Shown here in pieces: positions 43,161 to 51,854 of a stretch of 64,000 nt of DNA. Location: the NCBI GenBank assembly GCA_947627985.1, contig CANQYD010000003.1, positions 24,108 to 88,107 of the forward strand, written 5' to 3'. Position numbers and translations under genes: made by a program. The stretch is from an uncultured Clostridia bacterium (GTDB lineage: Bacteria > Bacillota > Clostridia > Oscillospirales > Ruminococcaceae). The notes under the pieces are model-generated. The model made no database searches. It had not been told where the DNA came from and worked only from the letters and a program-made list of their open reading frames with translations. Position 1 is the first letter of the stretch. The number at the start of each line of letters is the position of its first letter.

Positions 43161-45009
43161 GGAACCCCGCACAAACGATCAGGGCTTGGACCTCGGACTT
43201 CCTCACAAGGCGAGGGGAACGCTTCTTTTAAGGCTCTGGAAATACCTCGGCAGGAACAGAGTGCTCTTGGCGCTCGCGCTGATTTTATCGCTTTCGAGCT
43301 CGCTTTTGGCGCTCTACGGACCCAAGCTCTCGGGTCAGGCGATAAACGCGATAAAACTCGGCGAGGACAGCGGTTCGATGGACTTTTCGGTGATATACCG
43401 CTGCGTGATCCTGATGGTGATTTTTTACATTCTCTCGTCGGCTCTTACCTATCTTCTGAACGCCGTCATGATCAGAATGTCCAAAAAAATCGCCAAGCAG
43501 ATGCGGCACGACATCTTTGAAAGCCTCTCGCGCCTGCCTGTCAGCTTCTTTGACAGATTCCAGACCGGCAACATCATCTCGGTCGTGACCTACGACGTCG
43601 ACACCGTCAACCAGTCGCTTTCAAACGATTTGCTTCAGATTTTGCAGTCGGTCGTGACGGTCTCGGTCTCCTTCGGCATGATGATCTCCATCGCGCCGAA
43701 ATTGGTGCTGATATTTGTGTTCATCGTCCCGGTGACGGCGATATTCACAAGATGGCTTGCAAACCGCGTGAGACCGATGTTTCGCAATCGCAGCCGCAAA
43801 TTGGGCGAGCTGAACGGATTCGTCGAGGAGATGATTTCGGGACAAAAGACGGTCAGGGCATACGGCAGGGAGGACGCGGTGCTTGCGAAGTTTGACGAGA
43901 AGAATAAGATCGCCGTCGACGCCTACACCGAAGCCGAGGCAAACGGCACCATCACGGGACCCTGCGTCATGTTCATCAGCAATATTTCACTCACCCTCGT
44001 CTGCGTTTTCGGCGCGCTTTTGTTCATGAAAGGCGGAAATCCGCAAGCCGCCGCGGCTATGGGATTTTTCGGAGCACTATGGAATAAACCCCTTCTCTTG
44101 GGAGATTTATCAAGTTTTGTACAGTATTCAAGAAAATTCTCGGGACCGATAAACGAGGTCGCGAACATCATCGCCGAGCTTCAGTCGGCATTTGCGGCGG
44201 CTGAAAGAGTATTCGGACTTATTGACGCCGAGCCGGAAAAACCCGATTCCGAGGCGGCAGGAGTGCTTAATGACGTTAAAGGAAAAGTGGAGCTTAAAAA
44301 CATCGACTTCTCCTACGAGCCGGGTAAACCCATCATCAAAAACTTCTCGATGACGGCTGAGCCGGGTTCGCTGACGGCTATCGTCGGACCCACCGGAGCC
44401 GGGAAGACCACCATCATCAACCTCCTGATGAGATTCTACGACGTCGATTCGGGGTCGGTGACTGTAGACGGCAAGGATGTAAGAGACCTCACGCGTGATT
44501 CGCTGAGGCGGGCTTATACGATGGTCTTGCAGGACACATGGCTGTTTTACGGCACCGTCTTTGAGAACATCGCCTACGGCAAGCCCGGCGCGACGATGGA
44601 GGAGGTCGAGAGAGCCGCGAGGGCGGCGAAGATCCATTCATACATATCAAAACTGCCGGAGGGCTATAACACAGTGCTTTCGGACAACGGCACGTCCATC
44701 TCAAAGGGTCAGAAGCAGCTTTTGACGATCGCGAGGGCGATGCTTTTGGACGCGCATATGCTGATTCTGGACGAGGCGACGTCGAACGTCGATACAAGGA
44801 CGGAGCAGCAGATTCAGGCGGCGATGAGGGAGCTGATGAAGGGAAAGACCTGCTTTGTCATCGCGCACAGGCTTTCGACGATACAGAAGGCGGACAATAT
44901 TTTGGTAATGCGGGGCGGGGAGGTAGTCGAGCAGGGCACGCATGAGGAGCTGATGGCAAGAAACGGGTTCTATCACGAGCTGTATCAGGCGCAGTTTGAG
45001 ACGGCGTGA
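43153..45009 (+). CDS. ABC exporter, fused TMD-NBD (heterodimer partner 2)
   Basis: ORF from GTG 43144; GTG 43153 preferred (GGGAGGTG 7 nt upstream); GPTGAGKTT, ISKGQKQLLTIARAM, LILDEATS. Confidence 0.85.
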   Translation: MPKEPRTNDQGLDLGLPHKARGTLLLRLWKYLGRNRVLLALALILSLSSSLLALYGPKLSGQAINAIKLGEDSGSMDFSVIYRCVILMVIFYILSSALTYLLNAVMIRMSKKIAKQMRHDIFESLSRLPVSFFDRFQTGNIISVVTYDVDTVNQSLSNDLLQILQSVVTVSVSFGMMISIAPKLVLIFVFIVPVTAIFTRWLANRVRPMFRNRSRKLGELNGFVEEMISGQKTVRAYGREDAVLAKFDEKNKIAVDAYTEAEANGTITGPCVMFISNISLTLVCVFGALLFMKGGNPQAAAAMGFFGALWNKPLLLGDLSSFVQYSRKFSGPINEVANIIAELQSAFAAAERVFGLIDAEPEKPDSEAAGVLNDVKGKVELKNIDFSYEPGKPIIKNFSMTAEPGSLTAIVGPTGAGKTTIINLLMRFYDVDSGSVTVDGKDVRDLTRDSLRRAYTMVLQDTWLFYGTVFENIAYGKPGATMEEVERAARAAKIHSYISKLPEGYNTVLSDNGTSISKGQKQLLTIARAMLLDAHMLILDEATSNVDTRTEQQIQAAMRELMKGKTCFVIAHRLSTIQKADNILVMRGGEVVEQGTHEELMARNGFYHELYQAQFETA

Positions 45010-45029
45010 TAAGATTTTTGGAAAGCCAT

Positions 45030-45622
45030 AGGGGAAGACAAGGCAAGTTTAGGATCAAGCCCTTTTTAAAGGGCTTGCGGAATCCAAGGGCGGAGCCCTT
45101 GGTCGCGCTCCGCAGAGCGCGAAATCCCTGCAAAAAGGACAGCGAAAGCTGTCCTTTTTGCCTTTATCGTTCAAATGAGGGCGACGAAGTCGCCCGAAGC
45201 CGGAGGGGTGTCAGCAGAAGCTGGTTTTGTAGCCAATCGCACTTCGCAATCGTAAACGACTGATTGCTCGTGCTCTTGGACAAAACCCCGCGTCTGCGGG
45301 AACCGTGCAACGGTGCCCCACAGCCGGAAAAGGGGTTTGGGGAAAACCCGGCACGGGTTGTCCCCAACATAGTAGTGGTATCGAACAGTAATTCCCTCCC
45401 GCCCGACCCTTAGTTAAAAGGTATTCGTTCATTTTCCTGCCGGAAAATGAACTCATGTTATTTGAAGCAGACCCCCGCCCCCGTCGAAGTCTGTACAGAC
45501 TTATAGTCGAGCGGAGCCCCCTCCCCCTAAAAGGGGGAGGGGGTCTGGGGGTGGGGGTGAGAGCCGGAGGGTCGTGGGGAACCGTGCAACGGTGCCCCAC
45601 AGCCGAGCGCAGCGAGGCACCC
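45030..45622 (+). repeat. Type I mosaic element (E-B-D-A-G-F-A)
   Basis: E 45036-45168 (divergent stems, same fold), B 45180-45194, D 45205-45300, A 45302-45321, G 45405-45475, F/G4 45518-45557, A 45560-45601. Confidence 0.9.
45533..45557 (+). other. G-quadruplex motif
   Basis: GGGGG A GGGGG TCT GGGGG T GGGGG preceded by CCCCCTCCCCC-TAAAA. Confidence 0.7.
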
Positions 45623-45625
45623 CCC

Positions 45626-47032
45626 TTAAATCTTCTCCCCCTCCACCTCAAAATACGCGCAGTACTCCCTCATATCAAAATCCCCCGGGGCGCGCCAGTT
45701 GTCCACGCTCTTGATAAGCCGGTAGCTTCCCGCCTCAAGCTCGCCGTAGAGCCCTTTCCACGACATGTCGAGCGTGGTCCTGCCATTCAGATTGATGCAG
45801 ATAGCCTCGGCGGTAATCGCAATCTCATTCTCCTCGATCTTCCGCCACTTCTTGCCGTCGAATCGTTCGATTGTCAATCCCCGACCCGTCTCAAGTTCAT
45901 TGATATTTTCCCCTCCCGATTGCTCGAAGACGACGGTGCAGCCTGTTTTCGTGACGTTTTGGACTCCCATTCTCAAGCCCCACGGATCGATAAGCACCCC
46001 GTCCGCGCCGAAATCATACTCCACGCCGTCGATGACCTGCCTCCCCGTCGCCATTTCGCCGCTTTCGTCGGCATAGTATTTTCTCATGCCGTTTTTGCAT
46101 ACCCAGATATTGCGCGCAGGTTTGCCGTTTACATACATTATCTGCTTCGCGCCTTCGATATACCAGCCGGTATAAGTGCCGAGCAAAAATCCCTCGTCGT
46201 CGAATCTCAGGACGGTGTCGTTTCTGATCATATCCGCACCGGTCATCGGCACGCCGTTTTCTTTTATATATTTGACCCCCGGCTTTTTGCTGTCATAATA
46301 TTTTGAGCCCTCGGGGAACCACAGCCAGCCCTCGAAGCTTTCGCCGTCTTCGCCGACGTACGTTATCCCGTCGTTCGGCTCGCCGACAGGGCATGTCGCA
46401 ATTCTTTCCTTTGCGAAGAGCCGGCAGGGTTCAGCCTCGAAAAATCCCCCGTGGTACCAAGTCGGGTCAAAGTCAAAGGGCAATTTCATCGCCAAATATA
46501 TATCATCTTCCCCGTCGCTCTGATGCCAGCAGTAGCAGGTCTCAAAACCGCCGTCAACGGGCGTTGTGCGGGCAAGGGTCTCGGCGACTTCTCCTCCCTG
46601 CCAGAGCGCTTCCTCACAGCCCTCTTCGCCGTTTTCCCACTGCTCCCGAAGTTTTAAAAACTCCCTCTTTCCGACTTCTTCGGAGGTGCATTGATACATC
46701 GATATCTCCACGCCGTCTATCTCTATTTTAAGTTCGACATATGTCGGCGCTACCGTTACAGAGGTGATATCATCGCAGATTTCCATGCATCTTCTCGGAA
46801 AATAGACCTTGTCCGCGGTCATGAGGAAGTTTTTGACATCTTCATCGCCCTCAAAATCCGCGCCGTCCCGAACAGCCTTCATGTGAGTATAAAGGTCGGT
46901 TAAAGACCGATAACAAACGGCTCCCGGCACGTCTGCATATTCAAAAATATCCTTTGAATCAACAGCAGCCGCCGGCAAAATCATAGCCGCAGCCATCAAT
47001 ACCGAAATCAAAACCGCAAAAATCTTTTTCAT
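45626..47032 (-). CDS. Secreted protein with cell-wall-binding (CW_binding_1-like) repeats
   Basis: ORF to 47053 trimmed to ATG 47032 (GGAGGA upstream); signal peptide MKKIFAVLISVLMAAAMILPAAA; repeats of the GW..G..YY.....G.M..G type. Confidence 0.75.
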   Translation of the reverse strand: MKKIFAVLISVLMAAAMILPAAAVDSKDIFEYADVPGAVCYRSLTDLYTHMKAVRDGADFEGDEDVKNFLMTADKVYFPRRCMEICDDITSVTVAPTYVELKIEIDGVEISMYQCTSEEVGKREFLKLREQWENGEEGCEEALWQGGEVAETLARTTPVDGGFETCYCWHQSDGEDDIYLAMKLPFDFDPTWYHGGFFEAEPCRLFAKERIATCPVGEPNDGITYVGEDGESFEGWLWFPEGSKYYDSKKPGVKYIKENGVPMTGADMIRNDTVLRFDDEGFLLGTYTGWYIEGAKQIMYVNGKPARNIWVCKNGMRKYYADESGEMATGRQVIDGVEYDFGADGVLIDPWGLRMGVQNVTKTGCTVVFEQSGGENINELETGRGLTIERFDGKKWRKIEENEIAITAEAICINLNGRTTLDMSWKGLYGELEAGSYRLIKSVDNWRAPGDFDMREYCAYFEVEGEKI

Positions 47033-47088
47033 AAAAAATCCTCCCAAGTTCATTTACATGTAATACTTATTTTGCGGCATAAATATTG

Positions 47089-47131
47089 CGCCCCGGGAAA
47101 AAGTTCGTCGGATTGAATATATCCCGGGGCG
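47089..47131. terminator. GC-rich hairpin between two minus-strand genes
   Basis: CGCCCCGGGA..TCCCGGGGCG 10-bp stem; T-run on the plus side, weaker on the minus side. Confidence 0.45.
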
Positions 47132-47153
47132 TGTTTTTATTAAATTTTTATAA

Positions 47154-47843
47154 TTATCTGCTGAGGTCCCAAGGCGTGAGCATGCCTTTCAGCTGTGAAT
47201 TCGGCTTTCCCGTAGCCGTCAGAAAGACCATGACGACCCGATGACCGTTTCTGCTTTCCTGCTCCACGAGGTCCTCGATGTCCTCGGCATACGCCGAAGG
47301 CTTTGCAAATAAAAATCTCTCCGTCTTTCTGCCGTCGAGCGCGAGATATTTTTCGATCTCCGCCACCTTCATTCCCGACAGCGACACCGAGCCCATGTCG
47401 CAGAGATAATTGAAGATGGAATTTTCGTCCAACACCCCCACCACGGCTCCCGATCTTAAAATCGGAACATGAGAAAAGCCCCGCTTTTTCATCGTCGTGA
47501 CGGTCTCCATAAGATCAGCCTGAACTGTCCTTGAGAATATTCTGTCCGCTCTTATCGCGATATCCATGCACCGCTTCGGGCTTCGCACGCGGTCGGTGAG
47601 ATCGTCTATAAACGCTATCATTTCCTTGCTCGGGCAGAGGGAGAATTCGTCCGAGACCTTCGGCTCGTGCTGGAGCCAGTTCCGGACGTCCTGACAGTAT
47701 CGGATATCCTCCGAAAGAGCCCGGAATTTCTCCTGAGAGCATAAAAACCGCGAGATGGAGTCGCTGTTTTTGAGGGCGTATCTCTCCCTTACGGCGTGCT
47801 CCAAGAGTTTGTATTTTTCTATGTATTCGTCTGCGCTGTTCAA
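47154..47843 (-). CDS. CBS-domain pair protein with N-terminal helical domain
   Basis: 229 aa; ..HVPILRSGAVVGVLDE.. and ..GMLTPWDL.. CBS signatures. Confidence 0.7.
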   Translation of the reverse strand: MNSADEYIEKYKLLEHAVRERYALKNSDSISRFLCSQEKFRALSEDIRYCQDVRNWLQHEPKVSDEFSLCPSKEMIAFIDDLTDRVRSPKRCMDIAIRADRIFSRTVQADLMETVTTMKKRGFSHVPILRSGAVVGVLDENSIFNYLCDMGSVSLSGMKVAEIEKYLALDGRKTERFLFAKPSAYAEDIEDLVEQESRNGHRVVMVFLTATGKPNSQLKGMLTPWDLSR

Positions 47844-47918
47844 AATTCCTTGCTCCTTTCGGTGGATTTTCCTGCCGACCCCGCTTCAGCTTTCCGAAGC
47901 GGAGCCGACAGGATTCAT

Positions 47919-50804
47919 TTACTGTATGGCTTCGACATGATCGAGCTCGCAGCCGTCCAAGACGTTCTGACCGCCGATGACGCATACTCCCGCTTCATCG
48001 AGCACCCGATCGAGCATGTCCGCAAAATCGCAAAGTTCCTTTTCGCCGGTCTCCATCATCTCCCTGCGCTCGCGTTTGACGTCCTCCTCGGTGATACCTC
48101 CCAAGAACCGCCTTGCAGCCTGTTCGCCCTCGGCTCTCGGAGTTAAGAGCGGGTCGTCGTTTGCAATCGTGCTGATGATGTATTTCTCCACCGACTCTTT
48201 TCTGTCGCAGAAGTCTCTTAAGACCTGAGCGCATGCGCGGAAGCTTCCAAGCGATCTTGCAGGCGAGGGATCGCGGTAGCTTGAGAAGCTAACGCTTCCG
48301 TCGTACGGGGTGTTCATGTGGACGCCGTATGCTCCGCCTTTGACTCTGACGTCGTTCCAGAGGTAGTCGTATGTGAGAAGCTGGGCGGCGACTTTAGCGT
48401 ATCCTCCGCAGCTCTTGCCGGTGAGGTTTGCGGCGGTTGCGGCAAAGCCGATCTGAGCGGGCACCGAGAATCCGCAGGAGCCCTTCGGGAGGGTTTTATA
48501 TTCCGCGTCGGCGCCGATCTCGGAGGCGTTCATGATACCGGAAAGCTTGCGGCAGAGTTCATCGTCCGGCCGACCGGTGAGGGAGATTATCATCCTCTTT
48601 GAAGAGAAAATTTTTCTGTAGATTTTTTCAAGCCCGCGGCAGATTTCTTCCCCGCGCTCGGAAAATTCGCCGTCGGTTTTTTGAAGATATCTAAGCATTT
48701 CAATGCCGCCCACAGCCTCTGAAATCGCGTCTTTGGCGGTGAATGACGCGAGCACCCGCCTTGTGCCGTAGCCGTTTCCGCGAACGGCGACAGCCTGCTC
48801 GGTGTTGAGCCTGATCTGACGCAGGACGTTGTAGATAGTGGTCGTATCGTCAAAGCGGGAGCGGTTTAAAATCTCGTCGGCAAGGCGGACCGCTTCCTCC
48901 CTGTTCTTTTCAAGAACCGCAATACGGACGTTGAACATCGGGTTGGCGATTTTTGTCTGACCCGTGGGAGCGGACACAGCCATCTGCGTCGTGAACCGAC
49001 CGAGAGACGCCTGAAGCTCGGAGCTTAAATCGAGTACCGAGTAATTTTCGGTCGGAATGTCGGTCAGGATTTTTGATATCAGCGAAGCGGCTTGCAGCTC
49101 TGTCATATCAAAATCGCGAAGGGTGAAGTAGATGTCGATATATGCTATGCCGTCGGTCGCGATGTCCTGATTCAAGACGGTCACATCGCCGATCTTTGAG
49201 ACCTTCTGCGGGCAGATTTTTACGTCTTTCGGGATATCGCTGAGCTTAAGCTTCGGGAGTTTGTCGATGAGTTCGGGGGAATCGGGGGTCTCCTGACGGG
49301 TCCTTAATTCTTTGAATTCACGCATGACCCGCTCGGTTTCCGATTTGTCCCAGCCGGCTTTTATCTTGGCGCAGCGCTCTGCCTCGCGCTTGCTCTTCTC
49401 CTCGCCCAAAGTCTTTGAGGGAAGCAGGCAGACCTTTCCGCAGTGGGGATTGTCAAGAAATACATCTTTAATAAGATTTTCAAACCAGCCCTCGTCAACT
49501 TTTTTTCTCAGGGAGGCAAACACCCCGTTGAGGCAGAGATTCTGTGCGGGGTCGCCGCCGTAGAGCCAGCTCTCGTAGGTCGTGAGGGCGTAGACAAGAC
49601 CCTTCGGCATGCCTCCGAAGTCCTTCTCTCTCACGCTGAATTCCCGGCGGCTCAGTATCCCAAGAAGGTGCTTTTTGTCAAGACCGGTCTCGGAAAGTTC
49701 CTTGAGTTTATCTTCGACCAGCTTCCAGATTTCCCCGCGCTTTTCGGGGTCGCAGTTTTTGATGATGAGGTTTACGGAGGGCTGCTGCACGCCGTCGTAG
49801 TTATACATCGATACGTCCTCGGCAAGACCTGCGTCAAGTATCGCCTTTGTAAGAGGGGAGTCGTTGGTCTCGCAGAGAGCGTCGGCAAGGACGGATAAGC
49901 CCATTATCTTCTCCAAATCCTTATAATCGGCATATACCCAGCCTGTTGAGATGATCGCCTTGTTTTTGTCGTCCTCCGAGGCGCCGATCTCATATTCGGC
50001 AACTCTTTCAGCCGGGTGGACGGGCTTTTGCATCGGGATATCGGAATCGATCTTAAGGCGGTCAAATTTTCCGATGAAGCTGTCGATCTTTTCAAGAGCC
50101 GCGTCGATATCGAGATCGCCGTCAAGGACTATGCGGGAATTCGACGGGTGATAGAATTTGCGGTGATTTTCAAGATATTTTTCATAAGTCAGCTCGGGGA
50201 TATGTTCGGGGTGCCCGCCGGAGTCGTAGCTGTAGCAGTTGTCGGGGAAGAGGGCGTTGCTCATCTCAAACGTCATAACGTCGTCTTTGGAGGCGTACGC
50301 GCCCTTCATCTCGTTATATACGACGCCGTTGAAGCGCAGTTCGCCGTCCTCGGAATCGAGCTCATAGTGCCAGCCCTCCTGCAAGAACGCGTGGGGATTT
50401 TTGACGGAAAGAGGGTTGATGACCGCGTCGAGATAGACGTCCATCAGGTTCAAAAAATCCTGCGGATTGCGGGAGCTGACGGGATATACGGTCTTGTCGG
50501 GGTAGGTCATCGCGTTCAGAAACGTCGCCATCGAGCTCTTGATGAGTTCCACAAACGGCTCTCTGACGGGGTATTTCTCGGAGCCGTTGAGTACGGAATG
50601 CTCCAGAATATGGAAAACTCCCGTGTGGTCGGAGGGAATGGTCTTGAAGCCGATCGAGAAGGTCTTGTTCTCGTCGTCCCGCTGAAGCCACACAAGATCG
50701 GCGCCGTTTTTTACATGCTCAAGCCGCCACATGACCGCGTCGATCTCAGAAAGATCGGTCTTTGAGAGAACACGGAAGCCGTGGATTATGTCGTTTATCT
50801 GCAT
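47919..50804 (-). CDS. M16-family (insulinase/PreP-like) zinc metallopeptidase
   Basis: 961 aa; HxxEH motif in GVFHILEHSVLNGS, downstream E in NAMTYPDKT region. Confidence 0.85.
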   Translation of the reverse strand: MQINDIIHGFRVLSKTDLSEIDAVMWRLEHVKNGADLVWLQRDDENKTFSIGFKTIPSDHTGVFHILEHSVLNGSEKYPVREPFVELIKSSMATFLNAMTYPDKTVYPVSSRNPQDFLNLMDVYLDAVINPLSVKNPHAFLQEGWHYELDSEDGELRFNGVVYNEMKGAYASKDDVMTFEMSNALFPDNCYSYDSGGHPEHIPELTYEKYLENHRKFYHPSNSRIVLDGDLDIDAALEKIDSFIGKFDRLKIDSDIPMQKPVHPAERVAEYEIGASEDDKNKAIISTGWVYADYKDLEKIMGLSVLADALCETNDSPLTKAILDAGLAEDVSMYNYDGVQQPSVNLIIKNCDPEKRGEIWKLVEDKLKELSETGLDKKHLLGILSRREFSVREKDFGGMPKGLVYALTTYESWLYGGDPAQNLCLNGVFASLRKKVDEGWFENLIKDVFLDNPHCGKVCLLPSKTLGEEKSKREAERCAKIKAGWDKSETERVMREFKELRTRQETPDSPELIDKLPKLKLSDIPKDVKICPQKVSKIGDVTVLNQDIATDGIAYIDIYFTLRDFDMTELQAASLISKILTDIPTENYSVLDLSSELQASLGRFTTQMAVSAPTGQTKIANPMFNVRIAVLEKNREEAVRLADEILNRSRFDDTTTIYNVLRQIRLNTEQAVAVRGNGYGTRRVLASFTAKDAISEAVGGIEMLRYLQKTDGEFSERGEEICRGLEKIYRKIFSSKRMIISLTGRPDDELCRKLSGIMNASEIGADAEYKTLPKGSCGFSVPAQIGFAATAANLTGKSCGGYAKVAAQLLTYDYLWNDVRVKGGAYGVHMNTPYDGSVSFSSYRDPSPARSLGSFRACAQVLRDFCDRKESVEKYIISTIANDDPLLTPRAEGEQAARRFLGGITEEDVKRERREMMETGEKELCDFADMLDRVLDEAGVCVIGGQNVLDGCELDHVEAIQ

Positions 50805-50833
50805 AGTGATTTCTCCTTTCAGGGTTTGGTTTA

Positions 50834-50862
50834 ATTTTAACAGAAAAGAGGGGAGATGTCAA
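50834..50862 (-). promoter_or_regulatory. Promoter of M16 peptidase gene
   Basis: Minus strand TTGACA (50862-50857), 17-nt spacer, TAAAAT (50839-50834). Confidence 0.7.
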
Positions 50863-50896
50863 GGCAGAAGACAGATGTGAGAAGTCAGAGGACAGA
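50862..50896 (-). repeat. CT-rich heptamer array (5 units) abutting the -35 box
   Basis: Minus strand reads TCTGTCC TCTGACT TCTCACA TCTGTCT TCTGCCT and runs straight into TTGACA. Confidence 0.8.
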
Positions 50897-51062
50897 GGCG
50901 GAGCTTAAAATACGACATCTGATGGCTGAATTTTGGCGGGGTGGGAGATTGGGTACGGGGTTGGGTGCCACTGACGTACCTTGATAGGAGCAGAGGGAAA
51001 AAGATAAGAATCTGTCCTCTGCCTTCTGATATCTGTACTCTGTGCGACCGGAGGGAGCAGGA

Positions 51063-51149
51063 GGGCGAAGCCCCCGGCGACGAAGTCGCCGGCTGCCACG
51101 GCTTCGCCGTGGCAGCGCCCGCGCGCGAGCGCGCGGGCGGGCTTCGCCC
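51063..51149 (+). repeat. Clamped triple-hairpin module (unit A)
   Basis: Clamp 51063-51073 / 51139-51149; GGCGAC-GAA-GTCGCC, GCTGCCACGGC-TTC-GCCGTGGCAGC, GCCCGCGCG-CGAG-CGCGCGGGC. Confidence 0.85.
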
Positions 51150-51354
51150 GTGCCCCCCCTGCTTCTATCGGGGTTTGGTAGGATACGCAAGCCCGGTGCC
51201 GGGGTGGGTGCCCCTGACGAACCCCGGCAGGAGCAGGAGGCTGGGCACAGGGTTGGGCGCCCCTCCCGAACCCCGGCAGGAGTAGAGGGAAAAAGATAAG
51301 AATCTGTCCTCTGCCTTCTGATATCTGTCCTCTGTGCGACCGGAGGGAGCAGGA

Positions 51355-51436
51355 GGGCGAAGCCCCGCTGCCTCCGGCAGCGCGCCGACGCGCAGCGTCG
51401 GCGGTGACCGCGCTCGCGCGCGGGCGGGCTTCGCCC
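51355..51436 (+). repeat. Clamped triple-hairpin module (unit B)
   Basis: Clamp 51355-51365 / 51426-51436; GCTGCC-TCC-GGCAGC, CGCCGACGC-GCA-GCGTCGGCG, imperfect CCGCGC..GCGCGG. Confidence 0.8.
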
Positions 51437-51636
51437 GTGCCCCTGCTCCTATCAAGGCTTAGTAGGATACGCAAGCCCGGTGCCGGGTTGGGTGCCCCTG
51501 ACGGACCCCGGCAGGAGCAGGAGGCTGGGCACAGGGTCGGGTGCCCCTCCCGAACCCCGGCAGGAGCAGAAGGAAAAAGATAAAATCTGTCCTCTGCCTT
51601 CTGATATCTGTCCTCTGTGCGACCAACGGGAGCACC

Positions 51637-51713
51637 GGGCGAAGCCCCGCTGCCGAAGGCAGCGCGCCGACGCGGCGCGTCGGCGGTGCGACTTCGTCGC
51701 ACGGGCTTCGCCC
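51637..51713 (+). repeat. Clamped triple-hairpin module (unit C)
   Basis: Clamp 51637-51647 / 51703-51713; GCTGCC-GAA-GGCAGC, CGCCGACGC-GGC-GCGTCGGCG, GTGCGAC-TTC-GTCGCAC. Confidence 0.85.
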
Positions 51714-51806
51714 GCCCCCACCCCTCCTCCCCGCCCCAACGCCCTCACCCCTCTAAATATACAATCTCCCCGCCCCATTTTGCAAAATTATCGTGCAAAA
51801 CGCTGA

Positions 51807-51836
51807 TTGACAAAAGCCCCCGGGGTATATTATAAT
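51807..51836 (+). promoter_or_regulatory. Promoter of the leu/ilv operon leader
   Basis: TTGACA 51807-51812, 18-nt spacer, TATAAT 51831-51836. Confidence 0.75.
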
Positions 51837-51854
51837 TGTATCACTAATATTAAA

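Larger units (their letters stand above)
50905..51795 (+). repeat. Type II repeat array: three tandem units (periods 292 and 283 bp) plus C-run tail
   Basis: GTGCGACC at 51042, 51334, 51617; heptamer arrays 51011-51045, 51303-51337, 51586-51620; arms GGGTGCCCCTGACGRACCCCGGCAGGAGCAGGAGG repeated. Confidence 0.95.

Noticed and set aside
50905-51795. Tandem repeats as a CRISPR array
   Set aside because: - The period is about 285-292 bp and the whole unit is repeated.
- There is no 25-40 bp direct repeat alternating with unique spacers.
- There are no cas genes in the window.
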